64,000 nucleotides of DNA from the human T2T-CHM13v2.0 reference genome, Homo sapiens: assembly GCF_009914755.1 (NCBI RefSeq), contig NC_060937.1. One strand, 5' to 3'. Shown here piece by piece: positions 13,930 to 29,964 of this stretch. The number at the start of each line of letters is the position of its first letter. Position 1 is the stretch's first letter. The notes under the pieces are model-generated. The model was given only the letters and a program-made list of their open reading frames with translations. It did not search any database and had not been told where the DNA came from. The position numbers and the translations under genes were made by a program.

Positions 13930-14090
13930 ACAATCTGATATTCTCAGTAATGGTGAAGTGGGTAACATTCTTTCACATTTGAGGAAACACGAGTATGGAG
14001 ACATTAAGTAACTTGCCCAAGGACACACTGTAAATAGAGAAGCTGCTATTGGCTATATGAATCTAGAGTTCAAGTTCTTAAAAACTATGC
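13930..14090 (-). mobile_element. MIR fragment
   Basis: Core GAGGAAAC...ATTAAGTAACTTGCCCAAGGACACAC. Confidence 0.7.
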
Positions 14091-14334
14091 TTTATAGATG
14101 ATTAATTCTGTCTTGAAGTTTTATAACTGCAGATAATCAGCATGTTAGCTGGAGGCCCACTCAAAAGACATTCTCTTTACAGGCAATAAATTAGTCAAGT
14201 CATAGAGGTAAAACAATTTAATAAAAATATTGATGTGATTGGAAATCATGAAGAATTTGACTGTATTTTAGGTTGTGCTAAAACAGGAAAAGTAATTGAA
14301 ATCAGAAGACGGTTTTGAAAGATAAGATTTTAAG

Positions 14335-14560
14335 CACTCAATTTATTCATTCATTTCTGCATTTCTCTATGAAGGACTGGGCGCCTACTCTGTGCAAATC
14401 TCTGTTGCAAGTACTGAGGGTGGAGTAGTGAACAAGATAGAGAAAAACCTGTGCTTGTGAAGATAACATCCTAAAAAGAATGACAGACCATACATAAATA
14501 TGTAATATATGCCAGATAGTAACAAGCACTCGAAGGAAAAAGAAAGTGGCTAAGTAATAG
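14335..14560 (-). mobile_element. L2 3' fragment
   Basis: ATTCATTCATT...GCGCCTACTCTGTGC...GTGAACAAGATAG antisense L2 3' end. Confidence 0.65.
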
Positions 14561-17500
14561 AATAGTTTGATGTGAAGAATTCCATGGTATAGGCTCTATC
14601 ATGATTTACCCCTGCCTCAAACATTACATCCCAGCAACATCAATCCGCTAATCATTTCCTTGTATACTTCCTGATAGTTTTAACCCTCCTCTCCCTATCT
14701 TTTCTGTCTGCTCTAAGGGGAATTCCTTTCTTCCCATTGCTTTTAATTATCTCTGACCCTTTAAGCATCACATAAATCTTTCCTTAGGTAAAATATTATA
14801 TTCCCCCAAAAGGTTCTCTCTGCTTAATTCTCTCTGCTATTGTCTCATTATCTTAGGCTTAGCATCACCTCTTGACACACCTCTCGCCTTGATAGCACAT
14901 CTCCTCTTATATTTTCTTATCTTTGTCTTATTTTTTCATTACTTTCTTCCTTCAGTGACCACGATAGTGCCTCATGCAAAGGAGACATTCTACAAATGTG
15001 TTGGGAATGGAAAGCAGATAAAGATGTGATCGAGACGAAAGAGAAAAATGGCATTTGGAATTCTCCCTTCAGAGATCAAAGTTAACAGTATGGTGATACG
15101 GCATCCAAGGAAGACAGAAATAACTGATTTCAAGACAGCGAAATTTCTACAATTTACCAGTTATTTAAAAGCTAGCAAACAAACAACGGCATACTCACCT
15201 TCATCTGTTGGGGGAAAATTATTTTTTGTCATTGCTCACTTCAACATGGGCGCAATGAGAGATAAGAGACACTAAGAAATGAGTGTAGAAATGAATATTT
15301 TTGCTCATTCTGCTAGAAAATATAATACTTAGTAGAAACAGATTCCTGAATTGCTACACTTTAAACATGCAATCACATTTTACTATTATATGCTATACAC
15401 ATACTCTAAATGTTGTAAGCTTAATATTTCAGATTGTATAAGAGATTTTGAGGCATGTTATTGTACATACAAATAACATAAATAGGGTTACCATCCTAAT
15501 CCAAGGGTTACTTAGAAAAGAAACCAATACTATTTTTGATATATTATTAATGACATTGTCTTCTGACAACATAATTTCTTATACACACTGCTTTTACTTT
15601 AAAAATTGTTTCTAGATAAACATAATGTTTTTTCCTCTTTTGCTGTTTTTTTATTTTTGGAAAAATTAAAGGCATCTTTATGTTTATTCTTAGAGATAAC
15701 TCAGCTTCATCTTGGCCCACTTTCAAGTAAAATTCAAATAAATTAATTTGAGGGATGTCAAAATGTCTACCAGCCTAATAACTTAACAACCTCTTAAGAT
15801 GCCAGTGGGTTAGAATAAAAGACCTACATCGAAGGGAATGATGGGGAACATGGCAGGAGGGAATTTTGTCTTAATATCCTTTCTTAGAAGCATGCTTTCT
15901 GTGCTCAGCTGCATAGAAACAACTGGCTTCAGGGAGCTACCTTTTACTCAATCTTTAGAACAGTATTATTCATTCAATTGCAATGTTGACTATTGTATAT
16001 ACAATTGACATAAGGCCTCAGGACATTCAGTCTTCTGTTACGGAATTTATGGAATCTGAGCTCTCCTGCTGGGATCAAGACACCATCTGTAGGAACTGGT
16101 ATTATGAACCCACCTCTGGGTTACTTTAGATGGAGCCACGTGGCTCTGGCTCCTAGATCTCAGCTGTATCCATGGCTTATGCTGATTTTCCACCTATAGG
16201 GGACTATGAAAATTCACTTGTCTTAATTTCAGAGTGAGACATAAGTAAGGGTGATTAGATTGATAGCATCTCCATTACCAAATCAATCAGTCCATGGCTT
16301 GTCAGCATTCTTTCTAGGGTTTGCAACTTGTCTGAGGCTCAGTTCACTCCTCTAGGAAATGGAATGAAGTGAGGGAGGATAAGATCAGGCTATGATGTGT
16401 GGGCCTTTCTCAACATTAAAGTAGATCATTCCCATCATTTGAATTCACTATTATGATTTTAATTAAAACCTTTGTTAATATCTAGATTGGTATCTTATAA
16501 AGACATAGAGAAAAGGATGGGTTCATTTCATCTGAAAGGTTAGGGTTTTCTTTGGTTTGATATGTTTAGCTTGGCTTTTAAAATTCTTGAACAGACTTTA
16601 TTTCTGTTCTTAATGTATTTTTTCTATTTTAATTATTCTGGCTTTTTCTCAAGTAAATCTGCTATTTTTAGAATAGATTTCTATCTATCATCTCCCATAG
16701 CTGTATTGGCTCTCATTTTATTCTTGGTTCTTCATTTCTGCATTCTGGGAAAGTATCTCAAATTTGTCTTTCACAACATTGACTGGACTTACTGTAGTTT
16801 CCACTAGCACAAATGTATATTTTAATTATGCTTTCTTTTTCCATTTTTGTCTCTCTCCAGAAATATTTCCTAACGGTCATACTTGTAATTACTTTATGTT
16901 AGTTTTTCATCTGGGGATCTCCTTTGCTAGGATTTTTGCATTTATTTCAGAGAAATCAGCTGTCATTTAGCCTGCAAAAAATGCCAGCTGATTAAATGAT
17001 ACCTCTGTTGTTCAAGGGCATATGATTTCTGTGACCATTTTTGGATGTTGTTTCACTTACTTTGTGCTCTCATATTTTTCCCACAAACCCCATGGTTCTT
17101 TGTAGGTTTTTCCCTTTAACCTTAAGAGATGCATATTCTCTTATAAAGTCATTTTGTTGCCAGAGCTATAATTTTCTCCTTCTTCTGATACTTAGCTCTT
17201 TGACATTTTCCATTGAGCAAGGGAGAAACTGCAATCATCAATCTGTATGACTCCTAGACCCTTCCTGACTTCATCATCTCATGCAGCACTTTACCTGTGA
17301 TCATTTTCCATCTCAGTAGGTTCTGCTTGTTATATGGTGAAAGAGAGACGTGGAGTGCAGGCTGGAGAAGTGGGAGGCAAATGGTCTCAAAATAGAACAT
17401 CCCTGTAGTGAAGTTCTGGGTGTCCCGATTTCTAGTTGCTTTGTACCTTGGGTGTCTGGGCTAGAATCAGTCAGTGGGAAAGAAGCAAAATAGCTCCTGA

Positions 17501-17673
17501 CCTTCTCTAAGACCAAGTTTATCCTGTTTTCAATAGCAAAGCATGCATCCATGAGATATTGATGATTTTTGCCAGTCCAACCCATTTATCTTATATTAAC
17601 TAAATTTTCTCCCCGATTCTGCCCTGGCAACACTTAATGATTGATCCTAGTAATTTTTTTTTATTTTGTAGAT

Positions 17674-17712
17674 TGTATGTGTGTGTGTGTGTGCGCGCGC
17701 GCGCGCGTACGC
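17674..17712. repeat. (GT)n(GC)7 alternating purine-pyrimidine tract
   Basis: TGTATGTGTG...GTGCGCGCGCGCGCGCGTACGC read directly. Confidence 0.95.
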
Positions 17713-18944
17713 TGTGTGCATGCACGCTCATGGTAACACATATTTTTTACTATTTCCGAGTCACCTTAAGTACTTTAGTGACAAGTGGGGAGAAGCTACA
17801 GAAGGAACAATTAATACCACTGCACTTAAAATGGGAATCCCTAAAGCAACAAATAATAAGATTTTAAGGATAGTATGTGTGAACATTTCAATACATAAAA
17901 TATATCTTACAATTAAGACAATAAAAATATTATATATAAGAAACAGCTTTACTCTAAATGCTTCATCTGTAGGCTTTTTCAGAAAGTTATCAACATAATG
18001 ATCATCTGAATTGTAGTAACCCAGATGTTGATCTGTTACTTTTTCACCTATTTCTTCATTTTCCCTATGCCAATATCCAGTTAGCTCTTCTGTATTTTCA
18101 GTGTTCATTTAGAAGAGAAGGGAAGGGTTCACATTATTCATGCTTTGGAGATTAATGATATAGTCAATCATCTGAAATTCACATGGATCATTACTGCCTT
18201 CACATTAATTTATGCTCAATTAACATTCTTAGAATCAGTTTTCTGTGGAGTTTAGCCAATTGGCTTTATAGCTTCTGGCTCTGCAAGGTTCATTTTGCTC
18301 TGATCACTAGTAATAGGAGTAGCTACAGTCCTCCTTCCTGTCATTAAAGTCTTCAGGGCTTTGGTTTTGCTCATAAATTGAATGGGGCCAGCACGTGATG
18401 CGATGTTGTCACAGAGTTCCTGGATAACAGCCACATTGCTACATCCTGGCAACTGTCCTCCATGCAGATGTGATGCTCAGCCGAGCAGCAGGGTCACAGG
18501 TGTACCTTTGTGCTGGTGTATTGGAAAGGTCACCGGCGGAAGGCCATGTTACACTCAGAGGGATGGGAAGACGTATTGTTCGTACTTGAATACTGTTCTT
18601 CTAGGAGAAGGGCGGGAATCAGCAGGCCGCCTTTTCCTGTAGTGAAAATCAGCAGGAACATGGCTTTTTCCATATTGGACCTAGAAGTAATGTTTTAGGA
18701 ATCATTGACAGTGTGCTTAGGGGTCTATTAAACATAGGAGAACATGCAATCCTTTTTTGTCCAATGTTTAGGTGAAAAGTGAATTTATAATAATGAACAT
18801 TGAAAGTATTATGAATTAATTCACTTGGACTGCTGTCATGGTTGTGGAACTAAATAAACTTCTGTTCCTGTGTATTTTTCCACATCCTAGTTAAAAATCT
18901 AAAGCTTTTTTCTGTTTTTTTTTTTTAATTAAGGCATATAAGAC

Positions 18945-19037
18945 ATCTTTCTTTCTCTCTCTCATTCTCTTTCCCTCCCTTTCTCTCCCTTTCCTTTCCT
19001 TTCCTTTCCTTTTTCCTTTTTTCTTTCCTTTCCTTTC
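18945..19037. repeat. CT-rich/(CTTTC)n low-complexity tract
   Basis: Direct reading. Confidence 0.85.
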
Positions 19038-19073
19038 GACTTCAGGCTAAGAGAATTTCAATAAATGGTTTTA

Positions 19074-19428
19074 CAGGTTGAGTATCTCTTATTTGAAATG
19101 CTTGGGATAAGAAGTGTCTCAGACTTCAGGTTTTTGGGGGGTTTGGGAATGTGTGCATATGCATAAAGAGATATCTTGGGGTTCGGATCCAAGTCTAAAC
19201 ACAATATTTATGTTTTATATACACCTATACACATAGCCTGAAGGTAATTTTATACCATATTTTTAGTAATTTTGTTCACAAAACAATGTTTTGACTGCAT
19301 TTTGACTATGACTCATCACATGAAGTCAGTGTGGAATTTTCTACTTGTGGCATCATGTTGGCACTCAAAAAGTTTCAGATTTTGAGCATTTTGAACTTCA
19401 GATCTTCAGATTAAAGCTGCTCAACTTG
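19074..19428. mobile_element. Tigger4b (Zombi)-type non-autonomous DNA transposon
   Basis: TIRs CAGGTTGAG...CTCAACTTG, preceded by TA; internal GAAATGCTTGGGA, GGCACTCAAAAAGTTTCAGATTTTG motifs. Confidence 0.85.
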
Positions 19429-19934
19429 TCTTAAAAGAAATGGCCTTTGAATGTAGATCAACTAGGAATTTAGTAATTTACTCAGATAAATCAGTAAAAA
19501 GAAAGGGAGTAAGGCTAAAAAAATATAAAAACTAAACAAGAAGGGGTATGATTTTTACTGAAGGTTTTGCTAGTCCCTGCCCCCCCGCCCCCGCCCCACA
19601 CACACACCCAGGTCATATTGATTTGTCACCTGTCAGTGTCTGCTCCAATGTAAAACACACACTATTTTAATATATTTTCTCTCAAATTTAGTGTTACTGT
19701 TTTCATGTCAGGGATAACATTCTAAGCTGGAAGACTAAGAATTAAGACATATACTATGGTGATCCCAATAGCAAAATTACTTGGTGTGCTGTTCTAGAGA
19801 ACGCTGAATATTTATCAGAAAGAGCCCAGGGAAATTTAGAAGTCCTTGTTTCAGGCTCTGTGTTCAGCCCAGAAAATTTGGTACAAGGAAAACCACAGAA
19901 AGAACTACTACTTTTTCCACTCTTACTTTGGCCC

Positions 19935-20128
19935 AAGGCATTGTTGTACGTGCCTTTTAAACATATGGGGTAGGCACTGTATTATCTCCCTTTCATAGAT
20001 GTGTAACTGGAGGCACATAAAGGCAAATACATGCTCCAGATGACAAAGGTAATAGTGGCAAGCAGAGACTGGGGCCTCCATTTGCCCAATCCAGAGCCTG
20101 CCCATTCGCCACAGTGCTATATGGCCTT
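19935..20128 (-). mobile_element. MIR
   Basis: GGTAGGCACTGTATTATCTCCCTTTCATAGATG...TAGTGGCAAGC...TCCAGAGCC. Confidence 0.65.
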
Positions 20129-20596
20129 CAAGAGAAATGAGCCAGATGCTTTGTGAGGGGCGGAATTTCTAAACTCAGTTCTGGACTACTTTGAATAAAA
20201 CTAGGACAGAATTATCTAGTGAGTCAGACAAATAACCCGTAAGACCCATTCGGCCTTCTCCAATAAAGGATCCAAGAGTTCTTTTGTGACAAAGCATGAC
20301 TCTTATCTGTGACAGCAACCTGAAAAAAATAGGTTATGGCAACCACTTATTTCATGCACCGTCATTGACTGTCATTATTCCCTCACTCATCGTGACTGGC
20401 AGACTCCACAGAAACGCAGGGAGATGACAGAACATATTTGTTGAAAAATTAGTAAGCAAAAATGGTGAAAGTTAGAGAAAACTGAAGAACCTGGAGGATA
20501 AGTATGCAATATAAGCTCAAAAGAGTAGTCAAGGTAAAACCAGTAAAGAGAATAAAAACTAGATGATATATTTGCAGAAAAATGAGATTTTGTTTT

Positions 20597-20830
20597 AATT
20601 CACTAAAACTCATAATATATATTGAGTGTTTCCACTGTGTCAGGCACCACTAAGCTTAGTACTAAGAACAAGTAAATGAACACATAATCCTTACCCCCAA
20701 AGAATTTGTAACCAAATAGTTGATATACAGAAACATAACTGACTGTACCAAGATGGGAGCAGCATTTTTTTGAGAATCCAAGAAAGGGAGTAAAGATACC
20801 TGGAAGACTGAAGATGGTGTGGACCTTAAT
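20597..20830 (-). mobile_element. L2 3' fragment
   Basis: TATTGAGTGTTTCCACTGTGTCAGGCAC. Confidence 0.5.
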
Positions 20831-22324
20831 GTGTTTCTTTCATCTAATTCCAGAGATTTTTGGTTTTTGTACAGGGTAAAACATGAAGCTTGACACCAGT
20901 ATGGTATGAAGTTCTCGACCCAGTTAGATGCTTGGGAAGGTGGCATTTTTGTTTGACCTATGTACATACAACTGAGAATACACTGTAGAATTTTACTAGC
21001 TTGTTTTTCAAGCAGTAGATACATTTATTTTATATACCCTCATAATATGAATATAAATTTCTAAAGCAGATAAAAGGACTAATTTATTTAAAATGAATTG
21101 AATCAATGAACCCAATCAATAAGACACAGTGTAATACTTTATTAACCACCAAAAATGGAAATCCTGGTTTATGGATGACACAGGCCTTAAGACAATTATT
21201 GGTTTTTTGTGTTCAATATTGAGGAAATCATAATTCACAACACTACCCTCAAACCCAGAAGACTAAATTAAGTTGTTCTAAAACATGAAAATAAAGTAAG
21301 AAAGAAAAGTTTAATTAAATAATTTAACTTGAAATATTACCAATAACTACTAACTGTTCACATTTCTTTTCATGAATATAAAAATCAGACAAGAAGCACT
21401 TAAGCGTAAAAGTAGCATTAGACTTTTTCTAGTGTGATATTACTATTAAATCATATATTCTGTATTTTCATATAACTATTGACTTTGTGCCATGAACTTG
21501 CTGCTAGCTTATAGATCCCTGAGACCCTTTCTCAGTATTTAATTGCATGCATGGGTTACTAAAGTTCACCTAATAGTACCATTTTGTTAGGTACAGCTAA
21601 TTTTTTTTCTACTTTTAAATATACATTAATTATAATTTTTAAAATTATGCACTGAGTACTGTGGGAGAACATACTGAGGTCTACACAAGAAAATAATAAT
21701 AATCCATATAGCAATAGTTAACATATTAGTAATTTGGAAATTAACATTGGCATAAAATACACGAGTCCATATTGTTGTTTTTTATTAAACTATAAAAATA
21801 TTTATACCTGTGAAGTTAAATTTAAAAAATACAAGTTTGTAGACCCACTAATGCACTTGATATATTATGGGGATAAAACTTCTTCCTGCTAGAGTCAAAA
21901 TGGCTAAAATGAATTCCTTTATCAGTAAATATTATTGGAAGGTGAAGAGATATTCTTTGAAAATTTGAAGAAAGAAGTATTAGGACAAGTTATTCAGTGT
22001 GGAAGGTGTTCTGTAAAGCTGGTAAAGAAAATAGATGTTTCTGAGTGCCCTTTTTCAGTTGCTGTAAAGAAAGAGAAGCCTAGGAACGTCCTTGTTTTAA
22101 TTATCATCTATATATTCATGATTCCCAAATGTGTATTTCCATTTCTGACTTCTGTGATCAAGAACAGATTATTGAGTCTGCAGCTCCCAGCATGAGCGAT
22201 GCAGGATGGGTGATTTCTGCATTTCCAACTGAGGTACCAGGTTCATCTCACTGGGGTTCATCGGACAGTGGGGGCAGGACAGTGGGTGCAGCCCACTGAG
22301 TGTGAGCCGAAGCAGGGTGAGGCA

Positions 22325-22588
22325 TCACTTCACCTGGGAAGCACAAGGGGTCAGGGAATTCCCTTTCCTAGCCAAGGGAAGGGGTGACAAACTGCACCTG
22401 GAAAATCGGGTCACTCCCACTCTAATACTGCTCTTTTCCAATGGTCTTAGCAAATGGCACACCAGGAGGTTATATCCCGCGCCTGTCTCGGAGGGTCCCA
22501 CACCCACGGAGCCTCAATCATTGCTAGCACATCAGTCTGAGATCCAACTGCAAGGCGGCAGTGAGGCTGGGGGAGGGGCTCCCACCAT
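22325..22588 (-). pseudogene. L1 ORF0 remnant in the antisense-promoter region
   Basis: ATG at 22588 reads MVGAPPPASLPPCSWISD* (stop at codon 19); downstream GVGPSE...RVGVTRFSRC matches ORF0p. Confidence 0.75.
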
Positions 22589-23165
22589 TCCTGAGGCTTG
22601 TGTAGGTAAATAAAGTGGCCAGGAAGCTAGAACTGGGCAGAGCCCACTGCAGCTCAAGGAGGCCTGCCTGCCTCTGTAGACTCCACCTCTGGGGACAGGG
22701 CATAGCCAAACAAAAGGCAGCAGAAATCTCTGAATCTCTGCAGACTTAAATGTCCCTGTCTGACAGCTTTGAAGAGAGTAGTGTTTCTCCCAGCATGCAG
22801 CTTGAGATCTGAGAATGGACAGACTGCCTCCTCAAGTGGGTCCCTGACTCCCAAGTAGCCTAACTGGGAGGCACCTCCAAGTAGGGGCAGACTGACACCT
22901 CACACGGCTGGGTACCCCTGGGAGATGAAGCTTCCAGAGGAACGATCACGCAGCAACATTTGCTGTTATATTCGCTGTTCTGCAGCCTCTGCTGCTGATA
23001 CCCAGGCAAACAGGGTCTGGAGTGGACCTCTGGCAAACTCCAGCAGACCTGCAGCTGAGGGTCTGACTGTTAGAAGGAAAACTAACAAACAGAAAGGACA
23101 TCCACACCAAAACCCCATCTGTACGTCACCATCATCAAAGACCAAAGGTAGATAAAACCACAAAG

Positions 23166-24130
23166 ATGGGGAAAAAACAAAGCAGAAAAGCTGAAAATTC
23201 TAAAAATCAGAGCACCTCTCCCCCTCCAAAGGAATGCAGCTACTCGCCAGCAATGGAACAAAGCTGGACGGAGAATGACTTTGATGAGTTGAGAGAAGTC
23301 TTCAGACGATCCAACTTCTCCAAGCTAAAGGAGGAAGTTCAAACCCAATGCAAAGAAGTTAAAAACCTTGAAAAAAGATTAGATGAATGGCTAACTAGAA
23401 AAACCAGTGTAGAGAAGTCCTTAAATGACCTGATGGAGCTGAAAACCATGGCACGAGAACTACGTGATGAATGCACAAGCTTCAGTAGTTGATTTGATCA
23501 ACTGGAAGAAAGGATATCAGTGAAAGAGTAAAAAGAAACGAACAAAGCCTCCAAGAAATATAGGACTCTGTGAAAAGACCAAATCTACGTCTGATTGTTG
23601 TCCCTGAAAGTGAGGGGAGAATGGAACCAAGTTGGAAAACACTCTTCAGGATATTACCCAGGAGAACTTCCCCAATCTAGCAAGGCAGGCCAACATTCAA
23701 ATTCAGGAGATACGGAGGATGCCACAAAGATACTCCTCAAGAAGAGCAACTCCAAGACACATCATTGTCAGATTCACCAAAGTTGAAATGAAGGAAAAAA
23801 TGTTAAAGGCAGCCAGAGAGAAAGGTCGGGTTACCCACAAAGGGAACCCCATCAGACTAACAGCAGATCTCTCGGCAGAAACTCTACAAGCCAGAAGAGA
23901 GTGGGGGCCAATATTCAACATTCTTAAAGAAAAGAATTTTCAACCCAGAATTTCATATCCAGCCAAACTAAGCTTCATAAGTGAAGGAGAAATAAAATGC
24001 TTTACAGACAAGCAAATGCTGAGAGATTTTGTCACCACCAGGCCTGCCTTACAAGAGGCTCCTGAAGGAAACACTAAACATGGAAAGGAACAACCAATAA
24101 CAGCCACTGCAAAAACATGACAAATTGTAA
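23166..24130 (+). pseudogene. L1 ORF1p, disrupted
   Basis: MGKKQSRK... start; premature TGA at 23490-23492; ~50-nt deletion near 23522; RRM/CTD motifs (RATPRHIIVRF, REKG, YPAKLSF) in 23632..24120. Confidence 0.95.
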
Positions 24131-24193
24131 AGACCATCGAGGCTAGGAAGAAACTGCATCAACTAACGAGCAAAATAACCAGCTAACATCATA

Positions 24194-28006
<3,813 letters not shown>

Positions 28007-29256
28007 ACCATGAGAACACTTGGACACAGGAAGGGGAACATCACACACTGGGGCCTGTTGTGGGGTGGGGGAAGGGGAGAGGGAAAGCATTAGGAGATAC
28101 ACCTAATGTAAGTGATGAGTTAATGGGTGAAGCACTCCAACATGGCACATGTATGCATATGTAACAAACCTGCACATTGTGCACATGTACCCTAGAACTT
28201 AAAGAATAATAAAAAATAGTTGAAAATAAAAAGAAAATAGATGTTTCTAACACATCTCAACTTATTTGCTAAATTCTGTTTTAAAATATTGAAATGTAAG
28301 TACAGTTTTTTTTCCTGAGCCAATAAAGAAGCATAACAGAGAAAATACGTTTTTCAAAAAATAAATGTTTTTGGTAAAAACAATGTTTTATGGAAAACAA
28401 TACAAATATAATCTCTGCTGAAAATTAGACTGTGCAAGAATGAACCTCTTCTGTTACAACATTCGTTGGAAAATGATTACGACAATAATTTGTGGCAGAA
28501 AATGCGGAAAAGTGATATAGGATGTTATTGATACAGTTAACGTAATTAAAACAAGACTTCTTTGATGATTGTAAAAGAAATTTATGAATTGTTTGTAATA
28601 ATGCTCAGAATTTTTATGAAAATCTCTTGTACTCAGATATTCACTATTGACCTTCTGGAACTCGTGTGTTGCTAAACTCAAAGATAAGTAACACCTTTTT
28701 TAAAAACAACAACAAACAAGTGTTCCAAATTTGCTGACATTTTCTGGGCTGACAGTAGTTTCTCAGTCATATGCTGTTTAGATTAACATTTTAGAACATA
28801 GTTACTTAATCTATCCTTTTATAGCAAAAATGTTCTTTGATATTTGACAAATACCTCCTTTTTGTATGTAACTTGTACAAAGTAATGATAATTTTTAATG
28901 AATATTTAGAAACATTTCCATCAAATATTTGAGAATTTGATTTTGTAAATACATACACAGTTTTTCTGATCTCCATCTTTCAAATATGTGGAAGCAAACT
29001 TTTAATAATTATTTTAGAAGCAAAATTTCTAGGTCTTCCAAATAACTATTTTAGTGAATTTTAAATTAATCTGTTTAACATAACAAATGTAAAACATTTA
29101 AATTAGTTAAAAAGAAGACATCAAAGAACATGGAAATCAACCAACCACATTTCAACAAAACCTTTTGTATTATAGTATCAATACTTACTCATTATAGTCA
29201 ACAAATTAATTATTTCATTTGAATTAATATTTTACAAGGCAGCTGTGTCAATTACA

Positions 29257-29770
29257 TCACACAAGTTGTTTCCCATGCATATAAAAGTAATGTTTAGATT
29301 ATACTATAGTCAATTAAGTGTGCGATACCATTTTGTCTAATAAAATGTGTATGTATCTTAATTTTAAAAATAATTTATTGTTAAAAATTGCTAACAATCA
29401 TCTGAGCCTTCAGCGAGTTGTAATCTTTTTGATGATAGAGGGTCTTGCCTCAATGTTGATAGCTGCCTACTGATCAGAGTGGTGGTTGATGCTAATTGGG
29501 GTTGCTGTAACAATTTATTAAAAGCAGACAATGATAAAGTTTGCCACATCAATTGATGCTTCCTTTCATGAAAGATTTCTCTGTAGCATGCGATGATGTT
29601 TGCTAGTATTTTTCCCATAGCAGAATTTGTTTCAAAACTTTGAATCCTTTCAAACCACATCTCTCCTAAGTTTATGGAATATTCTAAATCATTTGTTGTC
29701 ATTTCAGCAATGTTCACAGCCTCTTCACCAGGAATGATTTTATCTCAAGAAACCACTTTCTTTGTTCATC
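29257..29770 (-). mobile_element. Tigger1 3' fragment including transposase C-terminus
   Basis: ORF 29391..29717 (IACYREIFHERK...TTTLISRQLSTLRQDP...RLQLAEGSDD) is the Tigger/pogo transposase C-terminus; downstream non-coding part fits Tigger1. Confidence 0.85.
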
Positions 29771-29964
29771 TCTAGATTCCACATAATACCTAACACAACG
29801 TAAATGCTATGTAAACAGTTGTTATCCTGCATTGTATAGGGAGTAATGGTAAGGAAAAAAAGTCTATCTATGTTCAGTACAGACAGAATATTTTTCCAAA
29901 TATTTTCAGTATATGGTTGGTTGAATCCATGGATGCTTAACCCATGGATACAAAAGGCCAACTG
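29766..29964 (+). mobile_element. MER2 3' half
   Basis: TCATCTCTAGATT...AATGCTATGTAAA...GTTCAGTACAGAC...GGTTGGTTGAATCCATGGATG...GGCCAACTG terminus. Confidence 0.8.

Noticed and set aside
20662-21024. 120-aa ORF as a host gene
   Set aside because: No recognisable domain, partly overlaps L2-derived sequence, and its length is compatible with chance.
29391-29717. Domesticated Tigger transposase (TIGD-like) gene
   Set aside because: Only a diverged C-terminal fragment; the DNA-binding and catalytic regions are missing.
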